Shown one piece after another: positions 21,701 to 32,045 of a stretch of DNA of 64,000 nt. How positions within the stretch are numbered: the stretch's first letter is position 1; the number at the start of each line of letters is the position of its first letter. Under the pieces are notes generated by a model, which was not told the DNA's origin, did not search any database, and saw only the letters and a list, made by a program, of their open reading frames with translations. The DNA comes from Amoebophrya sp. A120. Lineage: Eukaryota > Protista > Dinoflagellata. A program made the position numbers and the translations under genes. Where the stretch lies: contig CAJINV010000001.1 of the NCBI GenBank assembly GCA_905178155.1, positions 14,219,265 through 14,283,264 of the forward strand. The letters are read 5' to 3'.

Positions 21701-22902
21701 GCCAACAGTGCGGTCGAGTCGTGAAACGGGTAGCGATGGATTAGGACCAGATCGAAATAACCCGTGTTCAAAATCTTCAACTGCTTCGTGATCTCGTACC
21801 GCACTTCGTAGAAGGTGTGAAAATTAGAAATCTTTGTCGTCAGAAACAGCTCCTCGCGCTTGACATTGCTTCTCTTTATCGCATTCCTCAAACAGCGATG
21901 ATTTCCGTACGACTCCGCCGTGTCCAAATGCCGCACCCCTGTTTGCAGGGCCTGGAAGACAGCTTCTTCGCATTTCGTGCCGTTCAGACGCCATGTGCCG
22001 AACCCGATCATGGGAACTTTTTCGCTCCTGTATACTTCTTGATTCTCATGTTGATCATGGTCTTGAGCAGAAGATCCTCGCTGATTTATTTTATTGCGTT
22101 CTTCTTGTGTCGCAAATCCGCGTCCACGACCTTTTCTTGTTCCCGGCACATCATCCGTCTTCAGTGAGCTGGTCTTGGCGTCCTTGTACTCGCTGTCGAA
22201 GAGCAGAGGAAGTGCCATTTTTTGCGTCCCCTGACGCTGATCGGCACGGAGTCGAGGCAAGAGATGCTGAAAGACCAATTCTCGTAGCCCCGTCAGGACC
22301 GTTTGGTCGGTCTGCTCAAAAACGGCGGCGGTCTCTTCTCCCGCTTCGGGGTCGGGCATTTGCAGGAGGAAATCAATGTCCCGCAACAGGTCCCCGAGTG
22401 CTTCCACATTTAGTCGGATCAAAGTGAGAAGATTCAGTCCGTAGCGCGCAACCTGCAGGGCGCCCCGCAATCGGGTGAAATCTTCTCGGCAGGATAGGGT
22501 TGGTGTAACTACGACTTGTTGGGATACAACATGGGCTTCGTTGTGTCCTTCTTCTGCCGCGTCTTCAGTGCCGCGATTCGCAGAGCACACTTCCAGTGCG
22601 CGTTGTATCGCCGCCGCAGCTGCTTCACCAACGGGAAGATGGATTGTTTGTCCTCGTGTACCAGAGTGTTTGTCGTCCGGAGCAGTTGCAACTCCGGCTG
22701 CTGGTGCGGAAGCGCCGCTGCGTACGAGAACTGTAGTGGCTGTTGACGGTGACGAGCTGTTGCCTCTCCACTCGAAAAGAAGGTCGAGCAAAAGCAAGCG
22801 GAGAAACGCCTTCATCACACGAAACGCGAGAACAGAACAATGTCGGTCAGTGGTCAACATTGGTGCAATCGATCTGGTGTTGCTGCTCTCGCTGTTTCTC
22901 AA
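18712..22902 (-). CDS. Aldo-keto reductase fused to a DUF6817-like/TPR module (uninterrupted ORF)
   Basis: AKR motifs: PMIGFGTW, HLDTAESYGN, LFLTTKI, DLVLIH, RALGVSNF, AVIPQS..RILEN. C-terminal motifs: HLEGTYTALKLW..LCNAGALHSVYG, IVGETAERLIFLYS, WPG.SKP, PPVFGHCT, ARDLLW, NPFLAEPWLLLGQ. The true start is probably a downstream ATG (22863 or 22815). Confidence 0.8.
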   Translation of the reverse strand: MRNSESSNTRSIAPMLTTDRHCSVLAFRVMKAFLRLLLLDLLFEWRGNSSSPSTATTVLVRSGASAPAAGVATAPDDKHSGTRGQTIHLPVGEAAAAAIQRALEVCSANRGTEDAAEEGHNEAHVVSQQVVVTPTLSCREDFTRLRGALQVARYGLNLLTLIRLNVEALGDLLRDIDFLLQMPDPEAGEETAAVFEQTDQTVLTGLRELVFQHLLPRLRADQRQGTQKMALPLLFDSEYKDAKTSSLKTDDVPGTRKGRGRGFATQEERNKINQRGSSAQDHDQHENQEVYRSEKVPMIGFGTWRLNGTKCEEAVFQALQTGVRHLDTAESYGNHRCLRNAIKRSNVKREELFLTTKISNFHTFYEVRYEITKQLKILNTGYFDLVLIHRYPFHDSTALLAAWSGLEELVREDKTVRALGVSNFGFSELEFLDKNRKLMLKRDTHLFRDARSRDTGTKTSANEASGDRNTDSTNAAASSAQQEALPGIVPVSVIQNKFSVYHPGQTHVDLERDFLKFAQHSLQASFVGYSQLFANEDLGHYWGPLGDPLVRRLAEELSVTASQLLHCFSVHYKNVAVIPQSTNRERILENAQLPAPPAGTREDGPASASSSKKWDFAFRILDALVVLWESNLVPGEEVVQPIWAKQRLRVFLEHSEHDHPLRKALAQAREESADVDFLKALLQVQKFDDEDDDDASGSGKGPSARQDVSTYVEDSVALPTGGPPHDNTATADSWLSALERKIQENTTDDAFTAWAASETWKETQKVAPTGAAGPRPLSSGTNPSEDHGPASTLDDEAASSSSSTATRIFLARDSALDAMTSDQNSVLNQILSENTARLPPKLAYFLQKSPALRLGHNRDVMRRHLEGTYTALKLWKQPQYLCNAGALHSVYGAGGQFKFKILSSASLLGGEDADKSDQIKVSASGSADNDDESDFFTETNAAQERKFCRPERGSTLPSGDKETSNLFPEDLIPDASLACHAVSGVSAVSLRLRKLVAGIVGETAERLIFLYSVIDFKVLLEEVHASGTRGFLDTTLLYVKGWRGVLRSSKSDSGDVVDHSEAKRNTGEQDAEENRNRAAREKYKKYYLVRRTDIVSLIIIAMADTLDQANDRCGWCDWLREFDSSEGRWPGASKPPIHLFPQARMAHVLRKYGDLDRGEKIAAGIPARALQNLALPPVFGHCTLSIDLTEVREKAARDLLWELLQLEKDEESRVDAHSIGGISLGGAAPGAMQTRGSSRGPHTHQVLSAIKRLRKDEAPSGVESETSSAYENKLLQVIDLNPFLAEPWLLLGQELYRRGQFPAAFFASGTAIQKFLQMGTAYVKTFSYAGWLAASRTLRAKSRSMMKLQQLRAGGHLPGRQLDVESGEATTGSPIDAATGMPRDEDGLVDLSEFVF

Positions 22903-23924
22903 AACAAAATGACGCGTTGCAATCCAGCACCGATCGCGTAATTATGGTCTTTATGTTGTGGTATTTCTCGATGCTTTTCACTATTTACATGAGGTGACCG
23001 TCTCGTCAATGAAGCTCGAGTCAAAGAAAGGCCTGATGAGCACTGTGATCGCAAAATTCCTGATCAATATTTCTGCCAAACCTGCACAGAGCAAGAAATC
23101 GAAGATGATAGTGAGGCTGGCGCTCAATTTGTCGAACACCTAGTAGGTACATAGGCGGCGTTCTGATGAATGCCTTTTTTCGATTTTGATGAGACATTGA
23201 AAGATATCACAAATACGTATAGTGTCGTCTTCTCTACTTCGTTTCTACGATAAGTACTCAAATACCAATATTCGACAAGACATTTTAGATTTCATACGTC
23301 TGATTTCTTTACTTATACTTTGTACAACGAGCGGAAAGTAGAACTACCTGAAAAAAGAGAATCTTCGCTATCATTGTTCATTGAAAACAAAAACAAACGC
23401 GCCTCGAAAGTAAGGTGCGTCTGTGCCTGCTGTCGCTCTCGCTGCCACTTAGCACTTAGAAAATAACAGAAGTAGAAGTAAACCGCGTAGTACGACAAAG
23501 AGGTGTTCTGCTTCTCAGTAAATAACGTGTAAAGTAGCTAACTTGCTGACGCTGACGCATCTGCATCAAAACTCTGCTAGAAACCATTCATTTTTATCCT
23601 TCCAAAAGATGCCGAGAAACCACTCCCAAAAACGTAGAAAATCCTTGCGGCCAAAAAAAATTCAAATCCATTGAACCACTCGGACTCACTTTAATCAAAT
23701 TCCTCAACCGAGGACCTGCTGGAAAAACGAAACCACATAGTACACATCCCTTTTGTTTGCCTCGATAATGGAATACGGCTTTGAAGCTGGTGGTGTAGGT
23801 GTAGCCCCATGGATGAACATATGAAACGGGACAAACACTTGTTACAAAAACACTAAAAAGCAATGCAATAGCAGCAAGTCCAAGTCCATGCTCTTTTCTA
23901 CTTTCCACCACTACTATTTCCACC

Positions 23925-25103
23925 TCAGGAGCTAAACCCGCGCTGCCGGTCGAGCACACGCTGCGCGACCTCATCGTCAACATCGACCTTCAAGACAAGT
24001 CGGGTTTTCACGCCACCGGTAGCTGCTCGAACCGGCTCCGGGGAGCGGTGGACTAACCCATTGGGCTTTGTCGGGAAGTGGTGCCCCTTCATGAAGAGGA
24101 TGTTCCCCACGCCAATCCGGCAAATCGGGGTTCGGTCCTGCACGACGGAGTCGTTGTTGCCGCAGTTGTTGAGTTCCCAGAAGTCCACGTGCGCGTCGTG
24201 AATGTACTCCGTGGAGCTGACGTTGTAGGTGCAGATCGCGCGGCACACGTAGTAGTCCTGGTGCCACCGGGCGCAGACGTTATCGGTCATCAGTTCGAGC
24301 TTCAGGATCAACGAGTCCGCATTGGTGACCAGTTTCGCGACCACGGCACCGATTTCCACGGCGTCGGTGCGGACCTGATTCGCGAGGTCCTCCGGGAGCC
24401 CAATGGCGCAGAGCGGGTCCAGCAGCGCGCTGGCAGCGGAGATGAGTCGGAGTTTTAGATCCTGTTCGTCGAGGTTGGCATGATTTTTCTTGTTGTGATT
24501 CGTAGTACCAATGATCATTTTCTCGTCCTTCTGCTGGTCTTGTTTCTTCTGCTCCTCGTGATCATGTTGTTGACCATCGCGGCTTTGCCTCTTCAGAGAT
24601 CTGCTGTTTTTGCCATTCTTGTTCCTGACTTGCTGGTTCTGAAGATGGTCGCTTCCCGCTGTGGTTTTTTCGGGGTTCAGGATCGGAACCACTTCCATCA
24701 CTCCTTCCAGTTCCCCCAGCGCCTGCAGCTGGTGTAAGCGGTCAATGGCCGCCTGCGCGTGGTCCCAATTCTGCGACCGCATCACGCCCAGTCCCTTGTA
24801 CTTCTCACCCTCCTTGCCCAGCCAGTCCTCCAGTTTTTCGCACGGCAAGATCGCATCGAGACGGTAGGGCGAGCCGACGGAGGACGAGGCGGTGGGCTCG
24901 ACGTAATCAACAGAAGAAGTAGATGCAGCAGTGTTGGTTGTGCCGTGCTTGACTGACGAATCGCGGGTCGAGGCTGGCGAGGTGCGCTCGTCCATTCTTT
25001 GCTTCTTGGACCCAAAAACCGCTTGCAGTTCATTGTCGTCGAGCCGCCGGCCAACCACGTCCAGGACGTTCGAAGAATTAGTTGTGCTCCGTCGGGGCGT
25101 CAT
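23925..25103 (-). CDS. DUF1826 domain protein with a low-complexity N-terminus
   Basis: CARWHQDYYVCRAICTY..STEY, LFMKG, GLVHRSP and RLVLKVD match the DUF1826 pattern as I recall it (CPRFHVD..RLLCTY.G.GTEW, LVHRSP, RLLL.LD). Confidence 0.75.
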   Translation of the reverse strand: MTPRRSTTNSSNVLDVVGRRLDDNELQAVFGSKKQRMDERTSPASTRDSSVKHGTTNTAASTSSVDYVEPTASSSVGSPYRLDAILPCEKLEDWLGKEGEKYKGLGVMRSQNWDHAQAAIDRLHQLQALGELEGVMEVVPILNPEKTTAGSDHLQNQQVRNKNGKNSRSLKRQSRDGQQHDHEEQKKQDQQKDEKMIIGTTNHNKKNHANLDEQDLKLRLISAASALLDPLCAIGLPEDLANQVRTDAVEIGAVVAKLVTNADSLILKLELMTDNVCARWHQDYYVCRAICTYNVSSTEYIHDAHVDFWELNNCGNNDSVVQDRTPICRIGVGNILFMKGHHFPTKPNGLVHRSPEPVRAATGGVKTRLVLKVDVDDEVAQRVLDRQRGFSS

Positions 25104-26264
25104 GATGTTGCTTTGCGATGCAGATTAAGGTGGAGTAGATGGCGACCACGTACTAGGGGAAACAGCACAAGGCGATCTGTTCAAGCTACGGCTCGGCGTG
25201 CATGAAGACGAACAACTACAACAAGGTCTGGAGAAGATGTAGTTTCTGGGAAAGACCTCCTTTAAAAGCAAGACTCTACAACTTCTCTCCACAACCACAA
25301 CCACACCTACTAGATCAACCTTCCGCGACGGTTGATTGAATTCAGAATCAAATCACAACTTGTCAACTTGACCGCGTCGCTCTAATGACTTGCCTTGCTA
25401 AAAGGAAACTTTCTGATCTGTCTTCGTGTTGTGAATGGTCGCATGATTTTGTTGAGATATTCGACATATTCAAAAAAATACAAGTAGATGTGGAAGTACG
25501 TACTCAGTAAGTAGCTAAAGTTCATTTTGCGGCCATTTCCGACCATTTCCATTTCGTGGCCGCCTCGGAAGATAGAAAAATAGCCACTCCTTCATTTTCA
25601 TCATTATCGGGGATGTACTAGTAGATTGGGATGTACTAGTAGATTTGCATCTGTGTGTATCACTTCGTTGCTCCTTCACGATAAAAAGCATTTCTTGGCA
25701 TGAACCGCTCTCCATCACCAGATTTCTTTTCCTCTTTTCTGTTGTTGATCCACAGTCGTATGTAAATTAATACAAAAAATGATACGGAACCTCCGCGAAC
25801 GCCGCTCATGCACAAGCACGGATAGTACCTCCACTATCAGTGCGGAATTTTCTTTTGATTGCTGAATCACATACATTTAGTGCAACGCCAATAGAAGCAG
25901 GGTTTTTATTTCTTTCGTCGCCTCTACTTCGGGTGTATGACCCGGAGTTGCTACTACTTTCAGCATTACCGCTCCAAATCCAAGGGACATTTCTTTGTTC
26001 GATATGAGGATGCTGTCGACGTGGGAATAAGAACGCAGGCAATTGAAAATTTGTAAATGGAATTCTACCTCTACGTCGAGCAAAAAGCATCCTAATCTCT
26101 GATGTAACAGTTGCACCAATCATCTACTACGAATGACACAGTCTGTTACTGTTTTCCTAATTTTTTGTTTTCATTATACAAATTTCCTCGAATGCAACAT
26201 CAAATTGAAATTGTACATTGAAAATAAAACCTAAACCTCGATGTCCTGCAGAGTGATCACGCCT

Positions 26265-27389
26265 CAAAAGGCGACTATGAAGTGTGACTCTTCTCCTGGT
26301 GGCACTGTGTACTCGACTTCCCGCCCGTCCGGGAGCGTTATTCGCCCCTTGTCCCCTGGTTTCATGTCTGGCTCGCGCTTCACTGAGATACGCTTTACCC
26401 GCCTCTGGGCAACAGCCCGCTTGTCTTTGGAAATCTGTTTTTGGTTGATGTGTGGAAATTTTTATGTTTGTGACTTTTTTGCTCAAAAATGCACTCGTTT
26501 GCTCGCTTTCTCATCCTTGGGACAGAGAGGACACGAGAGTGAAAAACAATTACGCGTATAGTGCGTCTCACGACCACGAAGTGAGAAAAATTGAATCCTC
26601 GGCTTGGCGCCCTTGCTTAGCTATAGTAAAAAAGAGATGGTTGCAAGTACCGGCCTTTCCAAGTATGGTTGATCTCCGTTCCACTGCATTTCCCAGAAGG
26701 TGGGGAACGCCTCCGGCGCTGGTTCCTTCTCGCCATCCTTTCCCGCCATTACGTTCCGGATTGATGCGCTCACACAGTTGTTGGTAGCATGATTTACCTG
26801 ACAAGTAGTTGTCGTGCCGTGGTAACGTAAGACTGAAAAAAGAAAATGAGTCTCGCAATCAGGTCGTGGGGCAGGAGGATTTCATTTTCGAAGTTTTTGA
26901 AAAAAGTATATTGTCGGCGAAAAACAAAAAACATTTTGGTTGGCCTGCTCTATAGGAATTCCGGAGGTAGCGTTGGTTTTTGTTGAGCAGAAGGAGGAGT
27001 AGCAACCAGTACGCATAACCTTCCAGCAGGTATTAGTACGATACCTCAAAGACAATCACTTTTCCCTTCTGGAAGAGCGAAACCATGGAACTTGGCGGGA
27101 CGCTTTCCGGATCGAGCGGATCGCCTTCTATGTCCTGGATTTCCACGTAGATGCCATCCGACTCGAGCGTGTACTCGCCTTTGAAACCAAAGTTCTTCCC
27201 CTGTACCTGACAGTAAATCTTGCCCGGGACGCCAAAGATGTTGGTCGTGATGTAACTCATGGTGAAGCACTGCCGGTTGTTACTCCCGCAAAACCGGAAC
27301 ACCACGGGTTCGCCAATACTGTCATCTTTGACGACCCAGATCCCATACAGGTACTCCAGATTGCCCACGACCTCATTGATGTTTCCCAT
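26265..27389 (-). CDS. Putative small multi-exon protein, unknown function
   Basis: Protein-like exon from 27389 to about 27045 ends at a GT donor. A protein-like last exon KPGDKGRITLPDGREVEYTVPPGEESHFIVAF* lies near 26270-26400. Internal exons are unresolved and the two parts could be separate genes. Confidence 0.45.
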
Positions 27390-28731
27390 CTTGATGCTGC
27401 TGAGTCAACGAGAACGAGGACAGCGACAGCTCTCTTTGTATATTTCTAGTGCATGTTGATCATGCGCGGAGCCTTGCGCTACACGTAGTACACTTAAAGA
27501 AGGAGGCTTGTACTCCTTGCTTTCCAAAAGAGTTCTTTTGCTTCCGGTTTCACGGGCTCCCGATGTATACGTTGCAGTTTTAGGTGGTCCTTTATTGATA
27601 GATCTTGACACAATCACATAGCGATGACGCGAACTAGCAGTAGCAACCCACGACCTCGATTTGAATTATACCACGAACGACTTCAACAATGTGGATTACG
27701 ATACGAAGACGAGGAGTGAGGATGCAATGATGAAAGTGTGGAGGAGCTGTGCTGCGAGCGTTTCACCACAGACACAGTGAGGAGCTGCTCCTGCTCCACA
27801 GATGATCTAATAAGACGATGCGGACAAACATTGCATGAATATGACGAAGATCATGACGATTGGCACGGGAGATATCCCCTCCTCCACAGACATTTCACGA
27901 CCATCTTTATCGATCAATGCATTTTCTACATGATTCTTGTTTTTTTATTCACGCGACCTCTACCAAGAAGAGAACGCCCCTTCAACGAACTGCTAATCTT
28001 TATGAGACGAACGCAGAACATCTTCAGCATATCCTAAAGTTCATATTGATATTGTATTTCAATACCACAACTCGACGACCCAAAAACGGTTCTTCTTCTT
28101 TTATCATGTGCACAGCACAACCACTCTCACTCACGCGATGGAGTGTATGAAGCGTTGTCTCAGTTTGCTCAGGGAGGTACATTTCAAATCAACAGGAGTT
28201 CTTGCGTGGTCGGCTTTTGCGTTTTCGTTTATTCGCCTACAAATCAATCCTCGCAAGGACATCAAAAATTGTCAAATATTTAATCGTAAACAGCGACATC
28301 AATACAGGATTCATTTGAGAAGTTCATCGGGCAGTAGGAAGCGAATTCAGGGCGTTCTTACCTTGTGGTTGTACAGGTGATCTTCACAGTGTCAAAGTTG
28401 GTATTGTAGTTGGAAGCGTACGAGGGCGTCGTTAGCTACTTACAACTGGGCGGACGAAGGGAGCGGGACCGGATAAAACAAACGAAGTGCTGGATCAAGA
28501 TGAACGCTGCAGAACGTGGTACAAAATTCCGCGCTGCTGGTGTAGTGGCTGTCGAGCAATCCTATTTCTGGAACTTCAAGAGTGGGTGTTGGAATTTCAG
28601 AAATAGATGTGGTGGAGGCGCCGGTCGAAAACGATGCACGACACTAACACTAATCGGAGGACGTCCTGTCGTGTTCGTTCAAGCACAACAAAAAGTTTGT
28701 TTATTCCTATCGAGCAGCCGCATTTTTAGCG

Positions 28732-31028
28732 TTACATTCCCAGCTTCGCTTTTAGCGCCCTGTTTTCCGTTTCCAACTCGGCTATTCTTGCGTGCGCCTG
28801 CGCCAGCTCCTCCTTGTACTCCCGTATTCCCTTGGGTTTTGCAGCGGCGCTCCCGTTGGACGCAGACGCGAATACGCCGCTGCCGTCCGTGCGGCTCTCG
28901 CGGTTCATGCTCATGCGCGTCCGCGGCTTCTTCGCGCCGCCCTCCCACTCGTCGGCAGTGAGCGAGGCGATGGGCGCGAGGGTGTCGGGGTACAGGTCCG
29001 ACTGGAAGGCCTCCGATTTTCGCGGCACGACGAAGGAGATATAACAGTGCACAACTCCCCCTCGCCCTCATTTGTCATGCAAATTACCCAATCCACGTCC
29101 ACCCTTTTTCTCTTGGCACTGTTTGCATGACAAGTTTTGGTACCCCAAATAGCACTACACTCCAGTGCAAATTTGTTAAGCAAAACCGGCACTGTTGCTG
29201 ATGCTTGTATTGCTGTTCATGCTATACAAATGAGGGGGGGGGAGTTGTGCACTGTCATAGGAGATCGCCTGCACCGCCCCGGACTCGCATTTCACCCCGC
29301 GCATGATCTCCTTCTTCGCGGTGTCCACGGCGTACTTGGGGAGGAAATCGAACCCCTTCTGGGGCGTGGTGGACCGGTAGTCGGACACGTAGTGGAAAAA
29401 GGGCGCCTCCTCCACCATTTCGAAGTACTTCACGTTGCCGTCGCCCTTGCCTGCCAGGTACAGCATCCGCGTGTCCGCGTCGTAGAAGGGGAAAAGCGCG
29501 CCCGTTCCCTGATCCAGGGGCAGGAGGTGCAGGGGCTCCGACCCGGCGGGCTCCGCGGTGAAGTTGCGCAAGTCCCACACGCAAACCTGCCTCTCCGCCA
29601 TACTGCTGAAACCGGTCGTAAGTACTCGGTCTGTTTATTTGATTTTGTTGTAGGTCGAAGATGATGAACAATTTGCGCTCATGCAAACGAATTTTTGTAC
29701 TTCTACTTTTAAAATAGCGATTGCGATGCAACTGCGGAGCTATGTAAAAGAAGCCTAGAACGACGATCGCAGCGACCAGGAAAGCGAAACCACATAGACA
29801 TGTCGTAACAGAAGTGGCTAGCTCGCGAAATTGCCAAAATTGATGGAACAGACTCCAGATGAGTTTTCTTTTCTATCTAGTATGAAGATCTGAAAAATCA
29901 TAAAAAAGAATGTTTTCTGCTCCTTCCTACTCACCTGTTCGATGGTTATGTCCGTCCAGCCAGAGTGTTTTCATGCTCTTGACTCCTTCGTGCGCCCGTG
30001 TGAGTGCCACCACCCCTTTCTTCACCCTCGGATCGATTATGTGGACGAATTTGTCCTTGCAGCAAACCGTCAGGAGGTCGCCATCGTGATTCCACCTGAT
30101 GTGCTGTAGTAGGTCCGTAAAGGGCACCTCAAGCACGGCGTCTTGGGTCTCCGTGTTCAATATTCTTACGACATGGTCGTAAGCGCCCGTGGCTACTATC
30201 CCGTTGGCGGCCGGATTGTGGTGCAGAAGACTTACCTGTGCTTTTGGTGTTGCTTGTGGCACTCGAAGTTTGCTGGCTTTGTGGACGTGCTTGTCCCCAT
30301 TAGCCTCTCTGATTCAGCAGCACGTCTAGCATATCGTGGTCGAGACGATACAAAAAGATCACACAGAAACCTTACTGGACGTAAGGGCGCGGACAAAAAA
30401 GAAAATCATGCTTTCTCTTTCATTTCATTATCGACATGTACCTTCTTTGGGTGTGGTATTTCGCACACACTTTGCTTCAAGTTTTCCTTTAGGCCTCCGT
30501 CTGGAATTTGGAATATCCTAAAGTGACAGTCTTCACTGACAGACGCGATCATGTTTTCGTCGAAGGGATTGAACTCGAAATCGAGTACCTATGGAAGGTG
30601 TGCTTTTTCTGACCATCAAGAACTGAGTACTTTTCCTAACGAAGTGAATGCGATGAAGTAGTGCTGCAGCCAAGTAAGTTAAAACAGTTGCTGCAAGAAC
30701 CATGGCCGACTTATGATGTTATGGAATAAATAAACAAGTAAAAATCCTGCTTCTTCTTCTAGGCGTGGAGAAAAAAAGTTGCACGTACCCCGCCCTGGTG
30801 TCCGGAAATGACCGGTATGCTTGGTGGCATTCTCCCTTGTTGTTTCCAGTCGAGTAGACATATGTTGCCTCCGCCGCCGGTACCCCATGGTATGGCGACA
30901 AACTGGCTGTTTGCCTTCACGCCGGAGGACTCCGATACCTTTGTCGCCGGCCTCAAATCTTCCCATTTTGCCTTCCAGGGGTCGCCCCACACGTGGCGAA
31001 AGCTACTCTGCCGGACGATGTTTGCCAT
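28732..31028 (-). CDS. Coronin (WD40 actin-binding protein), 5 exons
   Basis: [80 protein letters not shown] and a C-terminal coiled coil. Three GT-AG introns plus one TIR element. Confidence 0.96.
29040..29259. mobile_element. TIR introner-like element, family C (220 bp), direct repeat GGAGA
   Basis: GGAGA|TATAACAGTGCACAACTCCCCC...GGGGGAGTTGTGCACTGTCATA|GGAGA. Removal restores coronin [10 protein letters not shown]. Confidence 0.95.
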
Positions 31029-32045
31029 CTTGTTAGTGCTGGACGAACTACGTTCGTTGGGTTGAAACATTCAAATCTTCATCAACCGAGGCGGATGCCA
31101 TGTCCATGAGAAAATATCTTGCGTTCTTCTTCTTCTTGTTGAGGCCCTTCACGGCCGAGGATGGCCAACAGTACTAAGCTAGCATATCGATGACGACACA
31201 CATTGATGTTGCAGATTGGCCGGCGAGGACCGTCAGCTTTTCTACGCTGTGCCACTTCTTCCGACGGAGCTGCATTTAGCTTTGATACCTTTAGCCACAC
31301 TCAGACCTCTGCTGTGTGAAGAAGATGTCCATCAAGGCATCAAAAGGTTTTTGAGTTGCTTTCCACACACAGAGGTCAAATTTCATCAACATCTAGTGCT
31401 TTCCCGTGATAAAACGAACACTAAAACGCATTGCATGGAAAAGGACATAAAATTTGCTTAGTAAACACAAATGAGGCGCCGCGAGGAGTTGCAGCCACAT
31501 CTATATCTACATCATCTGGCTGTCAGAACATACTGCAGGTATCAAGTTGTAACGCACCTACCACGCGAGGTATGGTATTTTTTCTTTCGTATTGCCTCGT
31601 CCAACGACGAGGACCTGGTACTAAAGATGAGCTGCAACTAAACTAGAGTCCTCGCGCTCCGTAGAAAATATCTCGGAATAAGTGGGCAATATCAACATGA
31701 ACTTGAACACAAGAGGCGATTGCTCGTCGCTGGTCCTGATGCGCTTGCAGGTGGTGGGTAATTTCATCGCTTTGTTAATCTCCTGTCATCCTGCTCGTCG
31801 TCATGCTACTAGGAAATAAGTGAAATTTTCCTGTTGTGCTCGATCATCATCTGGACGATTCCATGGTTTTTTCGATTCGGCGGGATGGTACCACAACATG
31901 ATCATGATGCGTATTATTGGCGGAACTAGTTGTGCGATTTCTTGCGATGAGCTCGGATCAAGTTGGTAAAAACTGAATGAGGATTTTGCTATGCTAAATT
32001 TCCAGCTTTCTATGCAAGTTTTTTGTTTCGGGTTCGGCATGAAGA

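Noticed and set aside
25610-25646. Short tandem duplication GGGATGTACTAGTAGATT x2
   Set aside because: Ordinary intergenic slippage duplication.
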